A stretch of DNA of 64,000 nt from Saccharolobus solfataricus P2. GTDB taxonomy: Archaea > Thermoproteota > Thermoprotei_A > Sulfolobales > Sulfolobaceae. The notes under the pieces were generated by a model. That model did not search any database. It saw nothing but the letters and a program-made list of their open reading frames with translations, and had not been told where the DNA came from. Shown in pieces: positions 1 to 19,328 of this stretch; within the stretch, counting starts at the first letter, position 1, and every line of letters starts with the position of its first letter. The stretch lies in assembly GCF_000007005.1 (NCBI RefSeq), contig NC_002754.1; one strand, given 5' to 3'. The position numbers and the translations under genes were made by a program.

Positions 1-899
1 CTAACGTTAAATCCAATATTGTCACCTGGCTCCGCTTTATCCATCTTAGTGTGGTGAGTTTCTATTGACCTAACTTCACCTACTTTGCCTGCTGGCATGA
101 ATACTATCTTATCACCTACCTTTAACACTCCGCTTTCTACTCTACCTACCGGTACAGTACCTACTCCAGAGATTGAGTAGACGTCTTGAATTGGAATTCT
201 TAATGGTTTATCTACTGGTTTTGGTGGTAATTCTAACTGATCTAAATATTCTTCTAAGGTAGGACCGTTATACCATTTCATATTTTCTGATCTATGAGTT
301 ATGTTATCGCCTGCAGGTGCAACTACTGGTACAAATCTAACCTTATTTGTATTAAATCCATAACTTCTCATAAATTTACTGACTTGGTCAACAATCTCCT
401 TATAACGTTTTTCATCATATGGTGGCTCTGTTAAGTCCATTTTGTTTACTGCAACTATTAATTGATCTAAACCCATGGTCTTGGCTAGAATTATATGCTC
501 TCTTGTTTGTCCTTCTACGCTCATTCCAGCTTCATATTCACCCTTCTTAGCTGAAACCACTAGAATTGCGGCATCTGCTTGGCTAGCACCAGTTATCATG
601 TTCTTTACGAAGTCTCTATGACCGGGAGCATCAATTATTGTAAAGAAGTACTTTTTAGTTTCAAATCTCATGAATGTTAGATTTATTGTTACACCTCTTT
701 CTCTTTCTTCTTTTAGTCTATCTAGTAGAAATGCGAACTTTTCAGATTCTTTACCTAATTTTTTAGCAGCTTCTTCTGCTTCCTTCACTGTTTTTTCATC
801 TATGAAACCTCTATCCATTAGTAGTCTTCCCACTAGTGTGCTTTTACCATGATCGATATGACCTATTACTATTAAATTAAGGTGAGGCTTTTGAGACAT
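1..899 (-). CDS. tuf: Translation elongation factor aEF-1alpha, 5' part (continues past window start)
   Basis: Manual translation from ATG at 899 gives MSQKPHLNLIVIGHIDHGKST (G1 motif), followed by GTPase motifs; absent from the ORF track because it is truncated. Confidence 0.97.
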   Translation of the reverse strand, partial: MSQKPHLNLIVIGHIDHGKSTLVGRLLMDRGFIDEKTVKEAEEAAKKLGKESEKFAFLLDRLKEERERGVTINLTFMRFETKKYFFTIIDAPGHRDFVKNMITGASQADAAILVVSAKKGEYEAGMSVEGQTREHIILAKTMGLDQLIVAVNKMDLTEPPYDEKRYKEIVDQVSKFMRSYGFNTNKVRFVPVVAPAGDNITHRSENMKWYNGPTLEEYLDQLELPPKPVDKPLRIPIQDVYSISGVGTVPVGRVESGVLKVGDKIVFMPAGKVGEVRSIETHHTKMDKAEPGDNIGFNV

Positions 900-944
900 T
901 TATAACACTCTCTTAACCGATATAGTGATAGAGTTAATAAAAGT

Positions 945-1526
945 TTACCTTGAACTTAAGGCTATTCTTTCTATCTCTTCTTTTCTTTTAATTGCAAAAC
1001 TCTTAGAGTCATTGTTTGCTGCAGCAATTATTTCTTCTGCTAAAACTTCCTCAATAGGTTTTGGATTATTGAACGATGCATCCTTAGCACCGGTAGCTAT
1101 ATGCCTTAAGGCTAAGTCTATTCTTCTTTGTGGAGATACGTCTACTGCGACGTAATACACTATACCACCGTACATAATTCTAGTAACTTCTTCTCTAGGT
1201 GCGCTATTCTCTATGGCTCTAACTAATACTTGGATTGGGTTTTGACCAGTCTTTAAATAAATTATGTCGAATGCTAATTTAACAATATTATATGCTAAGT
1301 GTTTTTTTCCTTTATTTCTACCAGGTCTCATTATTTGATTTATTAGCCTTTCAACTATTGGAACTTTAGCCTTACCAAATCTCCTATGTTCATGCCTACC
1401 CCCAGTGTGTGGCAAATAAACTGGCATTAGAGAAATGTACTTCTTTAAGCTAGGATCTCTGATTTCAACTTTAGTATCCCACTTACCAAACACTTTGATG
1501 TCTAATTGTAAGTTCTCTAAGGACAT
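945..1526 (-). CDS. rps7: 30S ribosomal protein S7 (uS7)
   Basis: Archaeal uS7 sequence; str-operon position. Confidence 0.97.
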   Translation of the reverse strand: MSLENLQLDIKVFGKWDTKVEIRDPSLKKYISLMPVYLPHTGGRHEHRRFGKAKVPIVERLINQIMRPGRNKGKKHLAYNIVKLAFDIIYLKTGQNPIQVLVRAIENSAPREEVTRIMYGGIVYYVAVDVSPQRRIDLALRHIATGAKDASFNNPKPIEEVLAEEIIAAANNDSKSFAIKRKEEIERIALSSR

Positions 1527-1601
1527 CTATTTGTTACCTCTTAATGGTATCTATGATTTGGATATTTAAATTTATGATACATAAGTATATGTAGTGTATA
1601 C

Positions 1602-2081
1602 GTGATGAGTCTTCAACCAATCAAGGACGAGGATTATATAAAAGTTAATTCTGTTGACGCATTCTTTATGCCTCTTCATGGTATACCAACTATAGTATGT
1701 TATTTGGAAGACGGAAGACAATTTTATCTATTCAGCGTACCTGCAGAAATCGTTATAGCAATAAATAAAACGAAAGGGAATAAAGAGGAGGAGTTTGGCG
1801 ATAAAAGAGAAAATATATATGATATCATCTCGTTTATACCAGAAATCACCGAGGAATTTTCCAAGCATATAGAAAAAGTTATTATAGACGATATGATAAG
1901 GGATACGGGAGTTTACGTAGCTACAGTTGAATTTAAATTTGATGGTGTAATAATTCAGAAAAGAATGATACCAAGTCATGCAATATTTCTTGCTATAATT
2001 TCAAATAAGCCGATTTTCGTTAAGAAAGGATTAGTTGATGAACAAGAAAAGGAAAGTAGAGAAGGACAACAAAAATTTTAG
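1602..2081 (+). CDS. DUF151 / bifunctional nuclease (BFN) family protein
   Basis: C-terminal PSHAIFLAIISNKPIFV resembles the DUF151 RPSDAIALA...PI signature. Confidence 0.7.
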   Translation: MMSLQPIKDEDYIKVNSVDAFFMPLHGIPTIVCYLEDGRQFYLFSVPAEIVIAINKTKGNKEEEFGDKRENIYDIISFIPEITEEFSKHIEKVIIDDMIRDTGVYVATVEFKFDGVIIQKRMIPSHAIFLAIISNKPIFVKKGLVDEQEKESREGQQKF

Positions 2082-2152
2082 AATTGTTCATTTTACTATT
2101 ACAATTACAACTTATTGCTTCTAATATTTTATAATGTTAGAATACAAAATAG

Positions 2153-2596
2153 TTACCTGACTGGCTTTTGCTTCTTACCCTTATATAACGCGTCTAGCGA
2201 TACACCGTTTACCATTATAACCTTATACCTCACTCCAGGTAAGTCACCCATTGATCTACCTAATGTACCTCCAATTCCAGTAATTATAACTTCATCATGT
2301 TCATCAATGAAATTAACTCCACCGTCCCCAGGCACAAATGCAGTAACAACTCTGCCATTTCTTACTAACTGAACTCTTACACATTTTCTAACCGCCGAAT
2401 TTGGTTGCCTTGATTCTATTCCTACTTTTTCTAAAACTATTCCTCTTGCCATTGGAGCTCCTCCTAATGGATCATATTTCTCCTTTAACTTTAGTATCTT
2501 CGTCTTATACTTTCTTTGACTTCTTCTGAATTTTAATCTTTTTAGTCTTAACTTCCTAGCAGCGTATATCCCCTTAGGTGACTTGCTTTTAACCAC
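2153..2596 (-). CDS. rps12: 30S ribosomal protein S12 (uS12); start GTG 2596 or TTG 2605
   Basis: [14 protein letters not shown] and [10 protein letters not shown] motifs. Confidence 0.97.
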   Translation of the reverse strand: MVKSKSPKGIYAARKLRLKRLKFRRSQRKYKTKILKLKEKYDPLGGAPMARGIVLEKVGIESRQPNSAVRKCVRVQLVRNGRVVTAFVPGDGGVNFIDEHDEVIITGIGGTLGRSMGDLPGVRYKVIMVNGVSLDALYKGKKQKPVR

Positions 2597-2610
2597 CTTT
2601 TCCAACCCCT

Positions 2611-3042
2611 TTAAACTATTACCACATTATCAATATCCATATACCTCTTTAAAATTAGCTTTGCTCTTGCTACATTCCTACCATTCTTACCTATTGCTAA
2701 TCCTTTATCTTGAGGATCTATATTTATATATACTGACTTTTTAGAACTAGTATTTACTACTTTCACACTTCTAACTCTAGCTGGGCTCATTAGATTTTTT
2801 ACCAATTCCTCTAAATTGTCACTATAAGCTACTAGTTCTATATCTTTACCTATAATTTTCTTTAACTTTTTAACGTTAATACCGCTCTTACCTATAGCGA
2901 CTCCCATATCTTTTGAATCTACTAGAAATATTATCCTATTGTTTTCATTATCGATAATACAATCTCTCACATTAGCTCTTGTCACTTCTTGAAATAAGGA
3001 AATGTAACGTATCTCCTCTGGAGTTAATCTAATTTCTGGCAG
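2611..3042 (-). CDS. nusA: Archaeal NusA (KH domains); probable CTG start at 3042
   Basis: KH motifs AIGKSG and AIGKNG; frame extends 19 codons above the ORF-track start to CTG CCA GAA ATT AGA ([13 protein letters not shown]). Confidence 0.93.
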   Translation of the reverse strand: MPEIRLTPEEIRYISLFQEVTRANVRDCIIDNENNRIIFLVDSKDMGVAIGKSGINVKKLKKIIGKDIELVAYSDNLEELVKNLMSPARVRSVKVVNTSSKKSVYINIDPQDKGLAIGKNGRNVARAKLILKRYMDIDNVVIV

Positions 3043-3048
3043 AAAAAA

Positions 3049-10571
<7,523 letters not shown>

Positions 10572-10576
10572 TTAGT

Positions 10577-10831
10577 TCACCCACTAATTACATACCTATA
10601 TGAGACAACTTCTCCATATAATTGACTCTTCCTTATAATTCTAATTATATCCCCTGGTTTCGCATTTATACTCCTGGCAACGGGATCTGAAGCCCTTATC
10701 CAAGGTAATTGTTCTGGTCTAATTCCTAATTCTTTTAGAATTTTATACGCCTCATCGATATTAAGTACCTCATGCTTAGGTACAAGATAGTGAATTCTTG
10801 GATCAATTTTCTTATTAGATGATCCTCTCAT
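10577..10831 (-). CDS. rpo5: RNA polymerase subunit Rpo5 (H)
   Basis: [10 protein letters not shown] and [10 protein letters not shown] motifs. Confidence 0.97.
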   Translation of the reverse strand: MRGSSNKKIDPRIHYLVPKHEVLNIDEAYKILKELGIRPEQLPWIRASDPVARSINAKPGDIIRIIRKSQLYGEVVSYRYVISG

Positions 10832-10868
10832 TATTAACCATTATTCACATACTACATTTGGTTAATAA
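10831..10868. promoter_or_regulatory. Perfect 10-bp inverted repeat (TTATTAACCA-N18-TGGTTAATAA) spanning the putative TATA box and start codon of the RNAP operon
   Basis: Arms at 10831-10840 and 10859-10868 read directly from the sequence. Confidence 0.55.
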
Positions 10869-11204
10869 GAGTTTTACTCTGACTTACTTAATAGACTATA
10901 TAATATTCGATGCGTTACCTTTCAAGTACTTTGTAATTTTATTCAGTAATTCATATATAAACATTAAATCCAATTTTAGAGACATTTACTCCTATTCGGC
11001 AATAAATTATCCTAAATAGTATCAAGCAACCTCTCAGTCGAAATATTCATCTATAATATATTGACTTTTTCAAATATATAAAATTAATTATTATAATATC
11101 ATTTTAATCATAACTATAATAATATTATTAAAAAGAAAGTTTGTCTTCCACGCAATTTTGTAGTAAACTAATTTATTCTAATAATACATTAAGGTCATAG
11201 GTGA

Positions 11205-13007
11205 ATGAAAATTAGCAACTCTGAGAGAAGGCTTAGGCAACCTATAGTAGTAGTATTAGGCCATGTAGATCATGGAAAAACTACACTACTTGATAAAATA
11301 AGGGGTACAACAGTAGTTAAAAAGGAACCTGGAGAAATGACACAAGAGGTAGGAGCTAGTTTCGTTCCAAGTTATATAATTGAAAAATTAGCAGAACCTC
11401 TTAAGAAGGTAATACCCATAAAACTTCAGATACCAGGATTATTGTTTATTGACACGCCAGGTCATGAATATTTTTCAAACTTGAGAAGAAGAGGTGGAAG
11501 CGTAGCAGATATTGCGATCCTAGTTGTTGATATAACTGAAGGCCTACAGAAGCAATCAATAGAATCAATACAAATACTAAGAGAAAGAAAAGTTCCATTT
11601 CTCATAGCTGCTAATAAAATAGATAAAATACCCGGATGGAAATCAAATAATGACATACCGTTTTTAGCATCAATCGAGAAACAGAGGAATGATGTGAAAG
11701 TTTATCTAGACAACTTAGTCTATAATTTAGTTTCTCAATTAGCAAACTTAGGCTTTAGCTCAGAACGTTATGATAGAATAAAGGATTTCACTAAAACAGT
11801 AGCAATAGTTCCGGTTTCTGCAAAGACCGGTGAAGGCGTTGCAGATCTTTTAGCATTACTAGCTGGATTAACCCAAAGGTACTTAGAGACTAGATTAAAA
11901 TTTGCAGAGGGTCCAGCAAAGGGAGTTATATTAGAAGTAAAAGAAGATCCAGGGTTAGGACACACCATAGATGTTATAATTTATGATGGAGTGCTTAAGA
12001 AAAATGATACTATAATATTAGGAGGCATTAACGGCATTATTATAACTAAAGTTAGAGGAATATTTGTACCTAGACCATTACAAGATATGAAATTAAGCAA
12101 GTATGATCTAACGCCAATAGATGAAGTATATGCAGCAGCTGGAGTGAAGATATCTGCACCCAATTTAGAGGAAGCATTAGCTGGATCACCAATTTATGTG
12201 GTAGAAGACGAGTCTAAGGTTGAGCGATATAAACAACAGATAGAAGAGGAAATTAAAGAAGTTAGACTCTACAGCGATATTGACGGAATAATACTCAAGG
12301 CAGATAGTTTAGGAACATTAGAAGCCTTAGTTAGTGCTCTGCAGCGTGAAGGGATTCCAATAAGGCTAGCGGACATAGGGCCGATTTCGAAAAGAGATGT
12401 TATAGAAGCGAGTATAGTAGCTCAAAGATCAAAAGAATATGGAATTATTGCTGCTTTTAGAGTAAAGTTATTACAAGGAATTGATACTAGTGGAATAAAA
12501 ATATTGTATAACGAAATAATTTATCAATTAATCGAAGATATCAAGAAGCATATTAATGATGTCAGGGAAGCGGAAAAAAGGCGCACGTTTGACACATTAA
12601 TATTGCCAGGGAAAATAAAGATCTTGCCGGGTTATGTATTTAGACGCAGTGACCCAGTAGTAGTAGGTATTGAGGTTATAGGAGGCATTATAAGACCTAA
12701 GTATCCGTTAATTAAGGAAGATGGAAGGAGAGTCGGTGAGGTACTACAAATCCAGGATAATAAGAAAAGTCTAGAAAGAGCCACTAAAGGAATGGAAGTT
12801 GCAATATCAATTAAAGGCAATATAATGATTGGGAGACATGTAAATGAAGGGGATGTTTTATACACAGACGTACCTAAAGAAGACCTCGAGATATTAGTCA
12901 ACAAGTATCCAAGTTCTATTACAGATGATATGAGGGAAGTAATAAAAGAAATAATAAGAATAAAGAGAAAAGAAGATCCTTTATATGGATTAGGATTACA
13001 GATCTGA
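11205..13007 (+). CDS. infB: Translation initiation factor aIF5B (IF-2)
   Basis: [17 protein letters not shown] GTPase motifs. Confidence 0.98.
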   Translation: MKISNSERRLRQPIVVVLGHVDHGKTTLLDKIRGTTVVKKEPGEMTQEVGASFVPSYIIEKLAEPLKKVIPIKLQIPGLLFIDTPGHEYFSNLRRRGGSVADIAILVVDITEGLQKQSIESIQILRERKVPFLIAANKIDKIPGWKSNNDIPFLASIEKQRNDVKVYLDNLVYNLVSQLANLGFSSERYDRIKDFTKTVAIVPVSAKTGEGVADLLALLAGLTQRYLETRLKFAEGPAKGVILEVKEDPGLGHTIDVIIYDGVLKKNDTIILGGINGIIITKVRGIFVPRPLQDMKLSKYDLTPIDEVYAAAGVKISAPNLEEALAGSPIYVVEDESKVERYKQQIEEEIKEVRLYSDIDGIILKADSLGTLEALVSALQREGIPIRLADIGPISKRDVIEASIVAQRSKEYGIIAAFRVKLLQGIDTSGIKILYNEIIYQLIEDIKKHINDVREAEKRRTFDTLILPGKIKILPGYVFRRSDPVVVGIEVIGGIIRPKYPLIKEDGRRVGEVLQIQDNKKSLERATKGMEVAISIKGNIMIGRHVNEGDVLYTDVPKEDLEILVNKYPSSITDDMREVIKEIIRIKRKEDPLYGLGLQI

Positions 13008-13412
13008 TTTATCGAAGAATAACGACATCTCTCGCTGAGCTTTTTCAATAGAATCAGATGCATGAATGACGTTTTCTGACTTAGATAACGCATAATCTCC
13101 TCTTATAGTGCCAGGAGGTGCCTCTTTAGGATCTGTATTACCAATCATTCGCCTTATCACTTGCACTACGTCATCGCCTTCTATCACCATGCATACTACT
13201 GGACCAGAGGTCACGTAATTTACAAGTTCTTCAAAGAAACTTTTTCCTTTGTGCTCCTCATACAATTTTTCAGCTGTGTCCCTTGACATTTTCACCATTT
13301 TAAGAGATACAATTTTTAATCCCCTTTTCTCAAATCTACTAATTATCTCGCCTATTAATCCCCTCTTAACTCCATCTGGCTTTATCATTACAAATGTTCT
13401 TTGTGCAACCAT
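12996..13412 (-). CDS. ndk: Nucleoside diphosphate kinase
   Basis: IKPDGV and NVIHASDS motifs. Confidence 0.98.
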   Translation of the reverse strand: MVAQRTFVMIKPDGVKRGLIGEIISRFEKRGLKIVSLKMVKMSRDTAEKLYEEHKGKSFFEELVNYVTSGPVVCMVIEGDDVVQVIRRMIGNTDPKEAPPGTIRGDYALSKSENVIHASDSIEKAQREMSLFFDKSDL

Positions 13413-13415
13413 TTT

Positions 13416-13601
13416 TCATCGAACCTTCATATATCTAGTAGTCCATTTATACTTCTTTGGATCTCTATGATACTTCAGCATTGATTTCCTACACTTACTT
13501 GAACAAAACCACAAGATTGTACCATCATTCCTTACATACATTAATCCAGTTCCTGGAGGTATTTCATGACCACAGAAACTACATTGCCTAGTAGTAGGCA
13601 T
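13416..13601 (-). CDS. rpl24e: 50S ribosomal protein L24e
   Basis: CSFCG...PGTG...FCSSKC zinc motif. Confidence 0.97.
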   Translation of the reverse strand: MPTTRQCSFCGHEIPPGTGLMYVRNDGTILWFCSSKCRKSMLKYHRDPKKYKWTTRYMKVR

Positions 13602-13616
13602 TTAAACCACAAATAA

Positions 13617-14582
<966 letters not shown>

Positions 14583-14588
14583 TGAGAT

Positions 14589-16016
14589 ACGGATGATGAT
14601 GTAAAAATAGGATTAGAAGTTCATGTTCATATAACTGCATTGAAAACTAAACTATTCTGTTCATGTCCATCGGATTATACTGGAAAAGACCCGAATACAG
14701 TAACTTGTCCCGTATGTTTAGGATTACCTGGGGCTATTCCCGTATTAAATGAAAATGCAGTAAAATACGGTATCTTAACTGCATTAGCCCTTAACTGTCA
14801 AATTGCTGAAAAATTGATTTTCGATAGAAAACACTATTTTTATCCAGATATGTCTAAAAATTATCAGATATCTCAGTATGATGGACCAGGTAGTATGGCC
14901 ATAGCCAAAGACGGTTATATCAAATTAAATGATAAAATCATAAGAATTAGAAGAATAAATATAGAAGAAGATCCGGCAAAGATAGTCTACCCTACTGGTT
15001 CTATACTAACTAGCAAATATACGTTACTAGACTATAATAGATCTGGTACACCATTGTTAGAAATTGTAACAGAACCAGATCTAAGGTCTGCTAAAGAAGC
15101 CAGATTCTTCCTAGAAAAATTAAGGTCAATCCTAGAACATTTAGGTGTATGTGATTGTGGTATTGAAGGTGCAATGAAAGCTGATGTAAATATATCAGTA
15201 AAAGGAGGAGAGAGAGTGGAAGTTAAGAATGTGGGTTCTCCTAAAGACGTTGAGGATGCTATAAATTATGAAATTGCAAGACAGAGAGCTAGTATACTAC
15301 AAGGTATCAAGATAGAAAGAGAGACTAGACATTGGGATAACGAAAGGAGAGTTACAGTACCTTTACGAACTAAAGAGACTGAGGAGGATTATAGATATTT
15401 TCCAGATCCAGATTTACCGCCATACTCAATAACACCAGAGCTTATCGAGAAGTTTAAACGTGAAATGCCAGAGTTACCAGACCAGAGAGCGGAGAGATTT
15501 GTAAAACAATACAACGTTACTCCATATCAAGCTCAAGTTTTAGTTAATGAAAAAGCGTTAGCAGATTTATTTGAAGAAATCACAAACAACTATAAAAACT
15601 ATGCCAAAGTCGCAAATCTGCTAATTAACGATTACATGAGATGGCTTAACGAAAATAATATCACAGTAACACAAAGTAAAGCCAAAGCTAATCATATCAT
15701 TGAACTATTTGAATACTTAGATTCTGGCTTAATATCAATAAAAATAGTAAAAGAACTACTACCTGAAATGATCTTAACTGGAAAAACTCCGGGACAACTA
15801 ATTAAGGAAAAGGGTATGACAAACATCAAAGATGAGAACTACTTAGAAAGGATTATAGATGAAGTATTAAATGAAGAGAAAGAGGCTGTAGAGAAAGCTA
15901 AGAGAGATCCAAAAGTTGTAAATTATTTAGTAGGTATGGTAATGAAGAAGACGGGGAAAAGAGCTGACCCTCAAATGACAGTTGAAATAATAAAAAAGAA
16001 GCTAGGTTTAACTTAA
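14589..16016 (+). CDS. gatB: Asp/Glu-tRNA amidotransferase subunit B; probable ACG start at 14589
   Basis: Conserved KIGLEVHVH lies upstream of the TTG at 14640; TKLFC, YFYPD and YRYFPDPDL motifs. Confidence 0.93.
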   Translation, partial: TDDDVKIGLEVHVHITALKTKLFCSCPSDYTGKDPNTVTCPVCLGLPGAIPVLNENAVKYGILTALALNCQIAEKLIFDRKHYFYPDMSKNYQISQYDGPGSMAIAKDGYIKLNDKIIRIRRINIEEDPAKIVYPTGSILTSKYTLLDYNRSGTPLLEIVTEPDLRSAKEARFFLEKLRSILEHLGVCDCGIEGAMKADVNISVKGGERVEVKNVGSPKDVEDAINYEIARQRASILQGIKIERETRHWDNERRVTVPLRTKETEEDYRYFPDPDLPPYSITPELIEKFKREMPELPDQRAERFVKQYNVTPYQAQVLVNEKALADLFEEITNNYKNYAKVANLLINDYMRWLNENNITVTQSKAKANHIIELFEYLDSGLISIKIVKELLPEMILTGKTPGQLIKEKGMTNIKDENYLERIIDEVLNEEKEAVEKAKRDPKVVNYLVGMVMKKTGKRADPQMTVEIIKKKLGLT

Positions 16017-16017
16017 C

Positions 16018-16758
16018 ATGGAGATTTTTATGTTACAGAGTAATCAAATAAAGGAAAAAGAATTACGGCTTAGGCTATTTAGTGTAGATATCTTAAAAGA
16101 ATTGAAAAACATTTATACTTACAAAGAATTGTCCAAATTCTTCAATATTCAAGAAAGTTTGATATGTAGATACGTTAACGGGAGAACAATACCTAGCGAG
16201 AGACAAGCTTTAGAAATCGTTACAAGGATAAAGAATAAGGAATTTCTATATAACTTCTTTATAAGAAAAATAAGAGTTTATGAAGATGATTTCATAGATG
16301 TATCTAATTTGCTATTTTATCCTAACTTACTAAAAACATTTCTAGAATTATATTTAATTAAATTAAATAAAGTTAGTGATGTAACAAAAATAGTAGGCAT
16401 TGCCTCAAACGGAATCCCATTTGCTACAATAGTAGCTTCAATATTAGAAAAACCACTCATAATATCGAAAAAACATAAGGACTCTACTCAGATACAATAT
16501 ATTGAGGAGAATATCAGAGAAAGTAATGGCGTAATTTCAACACTTTACATAAGGGGTGATTATATTTCAAAAAAGGATAAGATACTTATAGTTGATGATG
16601 TAATTAGAAGTGGAAAAACCCTACTTTCACTTTACAACTTGATAGGTAAAGCGAATGCAAGTGTAGTAGGGGCTCTTATAATAGCAACTAATACTGATAC
16701 TTGGAAGGATAAATTCATAAACAAAGATATAAATCTTATGGTGCTTTTTAAAGTATGA
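16018..16758 (+). CDS. HTH-fused purine phosphoribosyltransferase-family protein (PurR/Apt-like)
   Basis: N-terminal xre-like HTH (YKELSKFFNIQESLICRYVNG) plus PRPP loop LIVDDVIRSGKT. Confidence 0.8.
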   Translation: MEIFMLQSNQIKEKELRLRLFSVDILKELKNIYTYKELSKFFNIQESLICRYVNGRTIPSERQALEIVTRIKNKEFLYNFFIRKIRVYEDDFIDVSNLLFYPNLLKTFLELYLIKLNKVSDVTKIVGIASNGIPFATIVASILEKPLIISKKHKDSTQIQYIEENIRESNGVISTLYIRGDYISKKDKILIVDDVIRSGKTLLSLYNLIGKANASVVGALIIATNTDTWKDKFINKDINLMVLFKV

Positions 16759-17297
16759 GTATAGCTAAAATTCAAAGAAATGTTTACGTCATAGGTGGTA
16801 AGTTAATAGACGATAATGATACCAATGCATATCTAGTTTATGATGACGAAAAAAATTATTATACACTTATTGACACTACAACTGGTGCTAACATTCGATA
16901 CGTAATAGAGAGCCTTTTAGAGATCTTAAAGGGAAAGGATAAACTAAAGTACGTCATATTAACAAGCTGTAAGTTTGAAAATAGTGGTGGATTATACTAT
17001 ATTTATAATTTATTTAAACCAATTACAATAGCACATTTTCCAGATTCTATAATGATCAGAAAAGGTGAGTGCGAAAATAGATTATATACCCCATCCCCAA
17101 TATCATTAGAAATTAAGCAGAAACAATATATTTTGGATAATCTTTTAATACTCCTTAGTAAAAATATCACTAATGGAAATATAGTGGTAAAATATAATGA
17201 TGTCTTGTTTTCTGGAAGTAATACAAAGATCACACAATATTCTAAATACATAAAATATATTTGCGATGTAAACAAATGTAGATCAGTGAGTGATTAA
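16755..17297 (+). CDS. Degenerate metallo-beta-lactamase-fold protein
   Basis: NAYLV...TLIDT...YVILTSCKFENSGG mirrors the MBL THxHxDH region but lacks its His/Asp ligands. Confidence 0.55.
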   Translation: MSIAKIQRNVYVIGGKLIDDNDTNAYLVYDDEKNYYTLIDTTTGANIRYVIESLLEILKGKDKLKYVILTSCKFENSGGLYYIYNLFKPITIAHFPDSIMIRKGECENRLYTPSPISLEIKQKQYILDNLLILLSKNITNGNIVVKYNDVLFSGSNTKITQYSKYIKYICDVNKCRSVSD

Positions 17298-17298
17298 A

Positions 17299-17508
17299 AT
17301 GGTATTCGAGGAAAGTTGTCAATCTTGTGGAAAAATAAAGGAAACGAAATACTGCTCAGTACTCAAAATTAATGTTTGCTATGAATGCTGCACATTATGC
17401 AAAAAGCGAATTGATTGTAATCTAAGAGTTTGGTTCAAAGATTTAATTCCAAATAAAAAACAACAGCTTAGAAAACAAGAAAAAACTACATTAGAAAAAT
17501 ACTTTTGA
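17299..17508 (+). CDS. Small Cys-rich (zinc-finger-like) hypothetical protein
   Basis: CQSC, C, CYECCTLC, C pattern; coupled to the upstream ORF (start 17290 GTG or 17299 ATG). Confidence 0.6.
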   Translation: MVFEESCQSCGKIKETKYCSVLKINVCYECCTLCKKRIDCNLRVWFKDLIPNKKQQLRKQEKTTLEKYF

Positions 17509-17518
17509 TTAATATATG

Positions 17519-19267
17519 TCACATCTGTTGGAAGGATTTGTAAGTGTTCTTATAGATCTCGGAATTCTCTAAGGTTGAAGCAATACGTTTATACTTTATA
17601 GCATCGCCCAATGAGTTCTCTCCATGTTCCTTAGTCCATTTATCAAGGGGTATTTGATATTCTCTTAATACTTTATCTCTATACAAATCGTTTAATACAT
17701 TATAGGTACAGAATGGAATTACTCTACCATCCGGAACAACATAGTGAATATCACATCTCATCACTCTTTGTACATCGTAATTATATAAGTCCATGAAGTG
17801 CATACTTCCTAAGAATAATGTTCTATAGTGCCACTCTCCAAGTGCTTCGTAGTTATGATGAATTATTATGTTATAGAGCATCTTATATACATCAAAGTCC
17901 TTAGGTCCTTGCTCTTTATCTATGAACTTCCTTATACTATACAATACTTTACTTGCAACCCATACCTTATTAGCGCCTTCCCTTAACTCTTCTTCTTTCT
18001 CTTTAAGATATTCTAGCAAACCTTCTAAATCAATAAACTTCGAAATTGGTATGAAGTGAGGTTCGTGATTCCTCCATTCTACATATACATATGTTCCAGC
18101 TCCACAAGAAGGATGATTAGCCATTTCGAATTGCTCCTTACCAGTTAAAGCTTCAACTAGCCTTGAGAAGACAACAGAAGTACCTATTGGATACCAACTA
18201 TCCTTAGTTATCTCACCATCAGTTTGTTCTTCTATGTTCTTTATAACTTCGGGTATCGTGATTCTGAATTTAGCTCTCATATTCCTTTTCATCATTCCGG
18301 TTAAGCTCACTGGCTGGAAGTTTACTGATCTAACTACATCCATATTATATGCTGCAAACTTAACTATATTCCCTAGATCATTGTCATTAACTGTCTTTAT
18401 TACAGTAGGAACTAGCACAACACTTGTCATTCCTGCTCTTCTGAATACTTCTAACGTGTAGGGAATTTCCCAATGATTCTTAGGATTAGTTTTTCTAGTT
18501 GTACCGTCAAAACTCATGTATACAGTATTTACTCCAGCCTCTCTAAGAGCTCTAGCGTATTTAATTGCCTTATCGGGATCTTCTAAATACAGTTTAGCAA
18601 AAGTGCCTCCCCAACTATTTAATTGAATATGTTTTACACCATTTTCTCTAAGCATCTTTATTATTTCTATTATGTCCTCCCTTAATGTAGGCTCTCCTCC
18701 AGTCACTTGGATAACAAGCGTAATATCTTGTTTCTTTAGTTGATCTACCATAAACTTAATTTGCTCTAACGTAGGTTCATAAACATATCCTGCCTTTTCA
18801 GCATAGAAGAAACAATACCAACAAGATAAGTCACATCTATTTGTTATCACTAAATTAACTAATGCTGAGTGTTGATGATGCATCGGGCATAATCCACAGT
18901 TATAAGGGCAGGGAGATTTCAAGTCAACATAGGGGACTTTAGGTCCTTTTCCTTCATACTCCCAATAGTCAAACTTATAGTATAGACTAGAATCTGCGTA
19001 ATATAAGTCCTCAAATTCTCCGTGTTCTGGGCATATTTTTCTTATGAACAATTTCCCTTCTTTTTCAAATATAGTAGCTGGTAATAGCCTATAGCATGCT
19101 GGACATAGTGAATGAGTTACTCTAACTAATTTCTCATCTTTAGCTAATGTTGGTAAGGGTCCTCCTATATTAATTTCTTTATCTCCAAATTTGACTACTC
19201 CTTCCTCGAAACTTGACGGTGCAGGCAAAAGTCTGGAATGCCTTTCAGTATTTACTATCTGAGCCAT
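17519..19267 (-). CDS. tes: Radical SAM tetraether lipid synthase (Tes / GDGT-MAS family)
   Basis: N-terminal rubredoxin-like CPAC...[13 protein letters not shown] cluster, CDLSCWYC radical SAM motif, C-terminal PFCTYN. Confidence 0.85.
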   Translation of the reverse strand: MAQIVNTERHSRLLPAPSSFEEGVVKFGDKEINIGGPLPTLAKDEKLVRVTHSLCPACYRLLPATIFEKEGKLFIRKICPEHGEFEDLYYADSSLYYKFDYWEYEGKGPKVPYVDLKSPCPYNCGLCPMHHQHSALVNLVITNRCDLSCWYCFFYAEKAGYVYEPTLEQIKFMVDQLKKQDITLVIQVTGGEPTLREDIIEIIKMLRENGVKHIQLNSWGGTFAKLYLEDPDKAIKYARALREAGVNTVYMSFDGTTRKTNPKNHWEIPYTLEVFRRAGMTSVVLVPTVIKTVNDNDLGNIVKFAAYNMDVVRSVNFQPVSLTGMMKRNMRAKFRITIPEVIKNIEEQTDGEITKDSWYPIGTSVVFSRLVEALTGKEQFEMANHPSCGAGTYVYVEWRNHEPHFIPISKFIDLEGLLEYLKEKEEELREGANKVWVASKVLYSIRKFIDKEQGPKDFDVYKMLYNIIIHHNYEALGEWHYRTLFLGSMHFMDLYNYDVQRVMRCDIHYVVPDGRVIPFCTYNVLNDLYRDKVLREYQIPLDKWTKEHGENSLGDAIKYKRIASTLENSEIYKNTYKSFQQM

Positions 19268-19328
19268 TGAAAGTAAGATTTGCGATCTTTATATATAAAG
19301 ATATTCTCTTTGACTTACATACATTCAG

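Noticed and set aside
10870-11200. Long AT-rich spacer and 66-aa ORF (10819-11019) between rpo5 and infB
   Set aside because: No terminal inverted repeats, target duplication, C/D boxes or GC-rich structure found; the ORF looks random
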